Below the pieces are notes generated by a model. It was not told where the DNA came from and did not search any database. It saw nothing but the letters and a program-made list of their open reading frames with translations. Made by a program: the position numbers and the translations under genes. A stretch of 61,215 bases of DNA, counting the filler, from Perkinsus olseni (Eukaryota), in assembly GCA_013115125.1 (NCBI GenBank). It is 10 parts of 10 records of this genome, joined end to end, with 100 filler letters (N's around TTAATTAATTAA, not from the genome) between each part and the next. Parts side by side here need not be neighbours in the genome. Positions count along the whole stretch, not along the records: positions 49,130 to 55,126 come from JABANN010001141.1; positions 55,227 to 61,215 come from JABANN010001142.1; 8 more parts are not named here. One strand, written 5' to 3'. Of this stretch, positions 52,227 through 61,215 are shown in pieces. Every line of letters begins with the position of its first letter. Position 1 is the first letter of the stretch.

Positions 52227-53051
52227 GTACACTTCAAGGTTGAATATCCAATAAGAATTGCTAACTGGTTCAGCCTAATCCGTTCACTCGTGACCCTAAT
52301 AAATGTTATGATGTTGCTGTCGTCACCATCTCAGGATTCCAGATTTCTGCCTTAAGCACTCAACAGCTCAACGACCCTGTACTGTCATGCCCGTATAGGT
52401 CAACTTTCCTGGGTTGCAGTCGAAACGTACGTACGATTCTGTGTCAAGCCTGCTCCTGGATGGAAGATGATTCTGCATCATAGTCGCTGTCCCAATGCTC
52501 CGTATAACACCTTTGGTTCGTTCAAGGTGTACTCCGTTTAAGACAGTCTACAAGGTTCAATCGATCATTACAAGCTATTTTACAGTTATCACATCTGGTG
52601 TAGCTTTGAGTCAATGGGTTAATCACTGGCAATAAGCATTGACAACAACAGACAGGTGGCAGCCCTATTGTGACCATCACTGGTGGATGGAAAACTATCT
52701 CGGGACCAATATCGAGCGGCTCCCGATACTTCTTCGACTGTCTCTCCCAAGTAGCTGCTGCCTCCTCGTATGGCCTCCCTGTGATGTAAATGTCAAGTAA
52801 ATGTTGATACCTTCTTTTGTCGGATGAGAAGGCCAGAATACGATCCTCCACACTTCCCTCGATTCGCGGTGTCGACTCGTGCTCCCTCGAGTCGTTGGTT
52901 CCCGGCAATGATATCGCGGCAGCAAGGGCCCCATGGGCGTGAGTCACAACTGTGTGGCCAGCCTGCGTTATTAGTGGCCTCACCATGAGCGGGGCGCGAG
53001 CTATGAGCCTGATCGATATGAACAGTAGTTGCGTCACGCTGTTTTTGCTCA

Positions 53052-55082
53052 TTGATTTTTTATCGCTTACTTACCGTGGTCATGTTGAGTTCCCCCAGTG
53101 GGCAGGCAACCGTACATGGTGGACATGCCGGGGTAGGTGGAGTACCTACCTTGGTGAGCCCGGCGCTCGCAGGAGCCGTGAGACTGGCCGCGAGTAAAAC
53201 TTCGCCTGACCTTGACTGGGATACTCTGGCTACGCTACCTCCTATGCGATGTGCCGCACGACTCTTGGGCGTAATCTCTAACTGTGCTGGGTATAGCGCG
53301 TCATTCTTCTCAAACCGAGCTGGAACCCCAATCGGTCATAGCTTAACCGCTTTATGTGTGGACTGGGAGATCTTACCCCATCGCGACGCTATCCGTCAAG
53401 ACAGTGACTCTCTGGGTGCGGCCGTTAGAGCCAGCGGAAAGAACCTGTCAGACATAGCGAAACGATGGACCTTTGAAGGGGTGGATCAAAAACTCACTGC
53501 TGCCCTGGCTCAGTCGTGCGGATCCACAGCACCCTTGAAACTATGGGCGTATGTGAACCTTTGGCCGAGAGATTTGGCTGAGAAGCTCAAGAGTGAGCTA
53601 CTCAAGGAGATTTACACAGAGGATGGCGAGGTTGATCGCACCTGTGAACTGCTTGCTTGGACACATCTAACCCAATCTGGGAAGGGGCTCACAGCAGAGG
53701 AGAGAAAGGCCATAGACACTCAATACCCTCGCTGGATGGCCGCATGCTCCCGAGTGTTAGATAAGATGGTACAAGCGAGACAGAAATACCAATCTCTGAC
53801 TGACCCCAAGTTATCAGTTGTCGGCTTACTGGAAGAGTGGGCCACTCTACCCTCTCTCGCGGGCCACGGAAGACGCGGGAGGGTGACCTCTCTCCTTGAG
53901 AAGGAGCGCAAACTCTATACCAAGCTCGATGCCCATCCTGAAGGGACAACTCTATCCTGGGTAACCCGCAAGGCGTGCTACCTCTCAATCCTCAAGGCCT
54001 TCCCTCGAGTGAAGAGGAGTGGTGAATCATTTATAATGCTTTTCCAGTCGGTCAAGAGCAGTCAGAGCTATGAAGAGGTCCTAGACGTTCTCTCTCGCCA
54101 CGCCTATAAATCTGGTTACAAGGACGCGGACGAACTCCTCGGTGGAGGGGATGAGGACCGGGCTCAAGCGACTACTAATGGGAAGCGAGAGCACCGAGAT
54201 GATGACATTCCTCGACCCAAGTTCAGACCTCCCAACTCCAGGAATGGTCGAGAGCGTCGAGAGAAAAGGCCAGACCCACAAGCGGTTCTAACCTCTAAGT
54301 CACCGGGATCGAGTGAACAAGGGCGAAAGCGACCTACTTCATTCTTCGCCACTGAGCAAGACGGCCCAGCTAAGAAGAGGTCAAGACTCACCGCTATTGA
54401 TCATGCGAAGGCTAATGGTGTTACCGAGTCGCTTGCCAAGGAACGGGTTGAGAAAGGGCAATGTGCCATCTGTGGTTCTGCTGATCATTTCGCTCGAGCT
54501 TGCCCGAAGAACTCCCGTTCGGCAACTAAACCTGGTGGTACCCGATCTCACGAGGACAGTCGTAAGACTAACCGTGATGAAACTGTACTTCTCACCATGG
54601 GAAAGGCCGAGGTACTCGCCGGAACAGTTGAGGTCTCTACCCCGGGCCCTGCTGTCGGGGGAAGGAGTCGTCTGGTTCACGCGCGGGCCGGCTTCGATAC
54701 GATGTGCTCTCAGAACCTCATCACCAAAGGCATTGTTGATCTGCTGGAGGCCACTCCTGTCGAGGGAGAACAGGTGCGGCTCCAAACAGCCGGTGGTATT
54801 CGGGAGGCTAACGAGTGGGTTACTCTATCCGTGAAAAGGCCTGGTTTCCGGGTCCAGCTGCCGCTCTTAGTCGTGGACTCGTTACCTGGGGTCGATCTAC
54901 TGGTCCGCAAGGCTGACCTATCTTACCTCGGGTATCAAATTGTAGACCGAAAATTTTCTCCTGTAAATAGGAGCCACCACTATGTCTTTCTGCTCGCCCC
55001 TCCCGGGCGGGCCCACCTGGAAGAGATCCCCAGTGCATCGCGAATAAAGTGGGCCACAACACCTCGTCCCCGCCAAACCTGA
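53052..55082 (+). mobile_element. LTR retrotransposon Gag-aspartic protease ORF
   Basis: CCHC knuckle CAICGSADHFARAC followed by retropepsin motif AGFDTMCSQNLI...DLLV; pol is cut off by the contig end. Confidence 0.85.
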
Positions 55083-55226
55083 GCAGATCCTTAGCAGAGG
55101 CAATACATAAAATCACGGGATAGTTANNNNNNNNNNNNNNNNNNNNNNNNNNNNNNNNNNNNNNNNNNNNTTAATTAATTAANNNNNNNNNNNNNNNNNN
55201 NNNNNNNNNNNNNNNNNNNNNNNNNN

Positions 55227-55312
<86 letters not shown>
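55227..55312. repeat. (AAT)n microsatellite
   Basis: Direct run. Confidence 0.95.
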
Positions 55313-55313
<1 letters not shown>

Positions 55314-55350
55314 TACTACTACGTGTTAGTATCATCATCATCATCATCAG

Positions 55351-55502
55351 GTTGCAGCGATACATGGCGACTGTCGTAAAGTCTTGGACGTCTGCCGTCA
55401 TACCATCACCAATCGTATAGCTGACAGCAACAATAATAGTCAGCAGGATGATGATAATAATAATCATGAAGTTACAGCATTAGATGCAATCAAGGTTCTA
55501 CC

Positions 55503-55541
<39 letters not shown>

Positions 55542-56294
55542 AGTGTTGGTGTTGTGATTATGCAGTTGTTCATCTTGGTAAGGTACTTGACAAATGCTAT
55601 CGTAAAGATGATGAGATTGACAAGACGGTCGAATGTTTGCCTTTTCAACAGCAGGTCATCATCATGCATTCTCATCGCCTCGCATTCTGCTTGAGTATTA
55701 TCCTGTATATCAGGTTGTCTTAGCGTCTTGCCTCGCTGCTGCTGGTGCGACTGGTGCTGCTAATCAAGATGGTGGGTCACTAGAGACTGGTATAGATGTA
55801 ATTAGGGATCATCTTAATAGGTAGTATTATCACCAATAAGAATAATAATAGGTATGTTATCATGAGTAGATACACTGAGTTGCATAAGATGCCTTCAGTG
55901 TCTCGTGAAGCATTCCATGACTATCTACAAGCTATAGCAGTATGATGATGATGATATAACGACGGCTTGTCGATCTTGTCGATCATGCTTCTCTCAGGGT
56001 AATGGTTTAATATCAATCTCATCATCAACAGCCACTAAAGGAGTTAAAAGGGTCCCTCCCCCTACCAGAAGGCGGGCTCTTCGCTCAAGACCACCACCAC
56101 CTACTACTACTACGACTGGTCTCACGATGAATGATCATAGCAACAATGGAAGCTTCATTAGGTGGGGCCATATTGTACTACTCAATAAACATGTACTTGT
56201 TAGGTTCATTGCGCCTTTCGAATCGTTATTGCATGGTATATTATCGTATGGCAATAGACAGCATTTTGAGGAGTTCCTCAAACCATGTATTTGA
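55351..56294 (+). CDS. CDC6/ORC1-like replication initiator, 3' exons only
   Basis: VAAIHGDCRKVLDVCR (sensor-2/lid region) and LPFQQ/VVL (start of the winged helix). Confidence 0.65.
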
Positions 56295-56543
56295 ATATGA
56301 TATTACCCATTAATGAAGGTATATAATGACCATTCTCGATAGTACCCGATATCGAAGTTATTTTATCATGCAGTTAGTCCATGTCTCCTCATCATCATCC
56401 ATACCTTGTGTTATGTCAGAGTAATACTAATTAAACTAAACATTCACAGAGACAGTGAAATATTATGATAAACAACATCGGCTGTTGAACAATCGTCGTT
56501 GTAAATGTACAAACATTCATCATCATCATCATCATCTTCATCA

Positions 56544-57089
56544 TCAACCAGCTAACTTCACTTTAACAACGCCACTGCTGTTTCGTGATTTCTTCTTATT
56601 CTTATTCCTCCTCCCCTGTGTTGTTGTATTACTGGTAGTGTTACTACCAGTATTACCTGCCAGCGACACTCATATTATCAACTTTCAACATGCCTACTAC
56701 CGGTAGTGATAACTCTATCGAATGCTTCAGCAACATCAAATCCATCGTAATACCGTGATGATGATGGCGGTGGGGGAGCGAACTCTCTTTCTAATTCCTC
56801 TTCTGAATTTAAAGCCTCTTCTTCTGGTGTAAGACGACCTGATAATAATTCAACTATCATACCAACATACCCCTCATCGACTACCAGTAGTAACCATCCT
56901 ATGAGTGGCGGAAGTAGTAGGTATACCTCTTCCCATTGATGATGATGATGCTACTATTGTAGTTGGTTGTGGCGGCCTTGACGATGATGATGATGATACA
57001 GTCTGATAATGATATCGAGTATTATCATTGACATTATGACCAGTAGTAGTAGTAGTAGCAGCTTACATCATTGATGCTATTGTTGTTGT

Positions 57090-57145
<56 letters not shown>

Positions 57146-59298
57146 CGTGATGAATGTACTGTTGGGGCAGTGGATATTAATCTAGTAAACTCTTCCTTAT
57201 GTATTCTGTCCTCGGCTTCTATTTTCAGTTTATCTTCTTTATGGGCCTTCCGTCTCTGTTCTTTCCGATATTTATATTTCCTATCGATTTGTGGTGTGAG
57301 CGCTTCGATTGTGGCATGTGAGAGCTTAGTAGGTTTGATAAAGTCAACATCAACAATACTCGCAGTCGATCCTGACGATGAATAAGACGAATAAGCGATA
57401 CTATCAACAACAAGAAGAGCCCCTAATTTAAGCGTTGTTATTATTATTACCATGTACAAGATGTGCCAATGATCTGTATTTCTTGCGAGATGCTATTGAT
57501 GAGGTATCGTCAATGGCAACATCTTGAATGCTTACAACACGGCATCTTATCATGCGTGGTAATAAATACCTACCACCGCCACCAGGATGATGATGATTAT
57601 GCTGTCGAGCTAGAATGATGATGAAGCAGCAGTTCTTACATCGAATCGAATGCATCAGGTTTACCAGTATATTCTACCATTAAACATTTAAACCATAAGG
57701 GATCAAGATACACATGACCTCCACCATATGATAATTGGTAGAAATACGTATTAGACGACGACGAAGATGATGATGGATGGGGATGGTCAGCAGAATCGTT
57801 ACTAGTACTAGTAGTAGTATTAACATCACTGCTGTTTGTATTAACAGCATGTTGTTGTCGTTGATGATGATCGTTTTTCCTTATCTCCTCTGCTTCATCG
57901 ATTATAGCATTAGTAACAGTATCAGGTATTAATATACCATTATCATCAGCATCATCACCCCAGCGTCCACGCTCATTACGATCATGATCATCAGCATTAT
58001 CATGATGGTCCAATGATTCATCTTGTAATTGCTTTAATACATGATCTCGGGCCATATATACACCCATACATTCCAAATCGTCCACCCATTCCTCGTCTCT
58101 TATTCTATTATTCAACCTGTAGTAACAATGATAATAATCATCATCAACACCCGTAGTAACTGTATCATTATCATCAGATCGTCGTATTATTACCGCTTCA
58201 TCTCCCTATACAATAATATCCTAACTTCATCATTATTATCATCATCACCCACATTCACTACTCGAGAATATCTCCACCCAAAATCCCTACCCTACACACA
58301 ACAGCTATGCATACCCCAGGCAGGCGTAAATGCATGGGCTGTATATTTATTATGGTCATCATTACTACTACCATTCTAGGTGGGATCTGTATCTTGTTCT
58401 TCTTATCGTCATATCCACATTTATGGTTCAATGATTTTTGTAATGTATCAGCATCGAAAGGACGGCATATACCATCGACAACCTCACACAGATTGAATGT
58501 TATAATCTGAAGAGGAATACAATCATCATCATTCCCCATGATGATGTTGATGTTGTTATTACATCACCACTTCTGGGTTTACCATCCATTATCTCGATCC
58601 TCACGGGCTTCAACTCCCTCAATGTTATTGCAACATTACACACACAGCATTGCCCTATCAATTATAAAACTCATGAAAGCGATGAAAGCAACATGATGAT
58701 GATGATGATTGTTGTTGTTATTACTATAATCTTGTAAATAACGTAATGCACATGATAGACACATAACATGGCCACATTCTGGTATGCGGGGTACATCCGC
58801 TGTACACAAGCATATCGGGCATATTGGTAATGATGATTTATCCCAGACTGTTATATCAACACCAACTACATACTTCCATGGTATGAGATAATCAGGATCT
58901 ATTAGGAGCAGTAAGAGGAATAATGACCATGAGTGGCAGCAGGTATCCTCACCTGCTAGCCTGGCATTCAACATTTCAGCATTCCCTTGATGTAATCTAT
59001 CGTGTTGTTTATTGCTGTTGTTATCATCATACCGCACCAAAAGACGGTATGTATGGGAGAACTTACCAATCATCCTGTTCTTATAATATCGCCGTCCCTC
59101 GGATGATGATGACGAATGTTGTTGCTGCTGCCAACCATAGTAATAATAATAATCATTATAATAATTACCAATATGATGATGTTGTTGTTGTTGTTGATTT
59201 GGTGTATAGGTTACGAATCCAGCAAGGTCATTGGCATTCAACCAGTGTTTTGACGATGAGGATGATGATGAGGAGGATGGATTACCCTTTCTGGGCAT
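56544..59298 (-). CDS. RNF10/Mag2-like RING E3 ubiquitin ligase, multi-exon
   Basis: LNANDL..F, DPD..IPW..V, C3HC4 RING CPICL...PRIPECGHVMCLSC, YFYQ...G.HVYLDPL and RKKYRSLAHL. Confidence 0.85.
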
Positions 59299-59448
59299 AA
59301 TGGTTATACTGTTGTAGTAAGCATTACTCACCAGCAGCAGCAGCAGAGGTAGTAGTAGTGGTGGTGGTATGATGATAATAACACAACATGATTTAATAGT
59401 TATATCACGTGGCAATAAGAATAACAGCACATCTTCAGTACATTTACA

Positions 59449-59514
59449 CCACCTTCGTACAGCCTTCGTACAGCCTTCGTACAGCCTTCGTACAGCCTTC
59501 GTACAGCCTTCGTA
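59449..59514. repeat. 11-bp tandem repeat (CAGCCTTCGTA)n
   Basis: About 5-6 direct copies. Confidence 0.9.
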
Positions 59515-59521
59515 CTTGCAG

Positions 59522-59612
59522 TCATGCAGCACAGTTCATCATGTTCTTATTGTTATTCCTTTTTACTATCATAATTTCCTTCAAGCCGTGCATTGATGAT
59601 GTGTTGTTGTTC

Positions 59613-59644
<32 letters not shown>

Positions 59645-59759
59645 AGTGATATTATAAGTACCTGGTCCAATATTAGGATATCTACCACTCGTTGTCAACT
59701 TTGTAAAGTCGGTACGTTTACCACCATACCCCAACTGCCTACAACAACAGCAACTTCTG

Positions 59760-59803
<44 letters not shown>

Positions 59804-61000
59804 GTTATGATGATGATGATGATGATGATTATCCTGAGAAGGGCAGCAAACAGGAGGCTCATGATGATGACGTGTTACCTGTGGAGAACTACTCTGGCCT
59901 CCTGATGATGATGGAGTTGTTGAGGAGTGTGATGATATATTAAATCGAGGGGCCGTAGTAAAGGTACATCCCTTATCATTATGATTATACACAGGCAGGC
60001 CTCTACGAGTATTACCATGATGTCCTTGACTAAGAATACTTATTATTATTATCATCATCATCACTCAGTGTATTGTTATTACATAGTTTTTCTGATTATC
60101 CTGTTACTATTATTATGATAAGATAAGTCCGTTAAAGTAGCATACATTCTCTTGATCTCCTCCATACCACCATCTATCAATGGTAGACCAATACACCACT
60201 TTGGACCACCACTCTTGTATGATGATGATGATGTCGTCGTAGAATTATTATTATCATTGTCGTCGTCTTGATGATGATAATGTGATGATAATGTATCACT
60301 ACTACATTGTGTACTGTTGTTATTATTAAACATACTACCAAATGATGTGCGACCTGATGATGACGATGATATACATGGTACTAGTGCATATCATGTACTC
60401 TCTACCTTTCAGTGTTAATCTACAATATTTAATACCATCTATGGGTGATGACATCTTATTAACACTAGTACGATAAGTGTATGATGCTGGTCCAACTGAG
60501 GAGGAGGAGGAACAGCAACAGCGGCCCAACAGCAACAATCAGTTGTTGTTGTTGGTTATTACCTCTTGTATAGCAAGTTTGTATATAATTAGGTCTATCA
60601 CCATAACCACCAATGTTGTTGTTACTACTTTTATTATCATATCTGCCATATTCACACTTCCCCTCCTGCTGCTTCCTCTTCACATCATCAATCCAGCCCA
60701 TGCTACTACCATCATACCTACATTATTGTAGTGAGTATTGATAGTAGTAGTACTGTTGTTATCACCATCACCATCACCACCACTACCTCGATCCTTCTTG
60801 CTCCTTCCCACTGCCATGTTTGCTCTCTTGCCATCTATTAGCCTTACCAAATGTTGATGATGATGTACTTATCATCATACCAGAATTCCTGCTCACTACC
60901 ACTACTGATGACGATGGTGATACTCTATTATTGTTATCATCACCATTAGCGTACATAACACCACCTTTGGTATTGTTCATTATTTACTGCAAGATAAACT
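59522..61000 (-). CDS. ODF3/SHIPPO (sperm-tail PG-rich repeat)-like axonemal protein, multi-exon
   Basis: Repeat motifs STFGKANRW, VGPASY, FTTAPRF and IGPGTYNI; boundaries approximate. Confidence 0.55.
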
Positions 61001-61143
61001 ACAAATAAGAGCATAATAATGACGAGCATCATCCCGAGCTCAGATCGGGTCGTTGTCCTTCTCATGATGCTTCAGTTCGTTGTAGTGTACTATGATGGTA
61101 AAACATGTCCAGACCAGCAGCAGCATGATGCTGAGTATCATGT

Positions 61144-61215
<72 letters not shown>
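61144..61215. repeat. (ACA)n microsatellite
   Basis: Direct run at the window end. Confidence 0.95.

Overview
Eukaryotic DNA, most likely Perkinsus or a close perkinsozoan. The evidence is short GT-AG introns, microsatellite-laden genes, flagellar genes and a near-perfect Perkinsus spliced-leader (SL) 22-mer. The window is not one locus. It is ten unrelated contigs of about 6 kb, sorted by decreasing length and joined by 100-nt N44-TTAATTAATTAA-N44 spacers (1-6068, 6169-12224, 12325-18371, 18472-24516, 24617-30660, 30761-36784, 36885-42907, 43008-49029, 49130-55126, 55227-61215), so no linkage across spacers is meaningful. Recognisable genes: RPS24, DRC9/IQCG-like, P4-ATPase, RecQ helicase, a divergent CDK, a CD36/LIMP-2 family protein, tRNA-Ser(CGA), two tandem saccharopine dehydrogenase-like genes, FAM184-like, a CDC6-like 3' end, RNF10/Mag2-like, an ODF3/STPG-like gene and two small secreted Cys-rich peptide ORFs. 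Mobile DNA: a Ty3/Gypsy integrase with its 3' LTR, a Gag-protease ORF, a non-LTR RT fragment, a Harbinger-like MITE carrying a tRNA-like Pol III unit, and two solo-LTR-like elements of about 185 bp. The top finding is that both solo-LTR-like elements, each with its own 5-bp TSD, embed the host SL sequence. Its single deviation from the SL creates a branch-point motif (ACTAAC) 20 nt upstream of the SL-terminal AG, suggesting a retroelement whose R region is the spliced leader. All calls come from reading the sequence; no searches were run.
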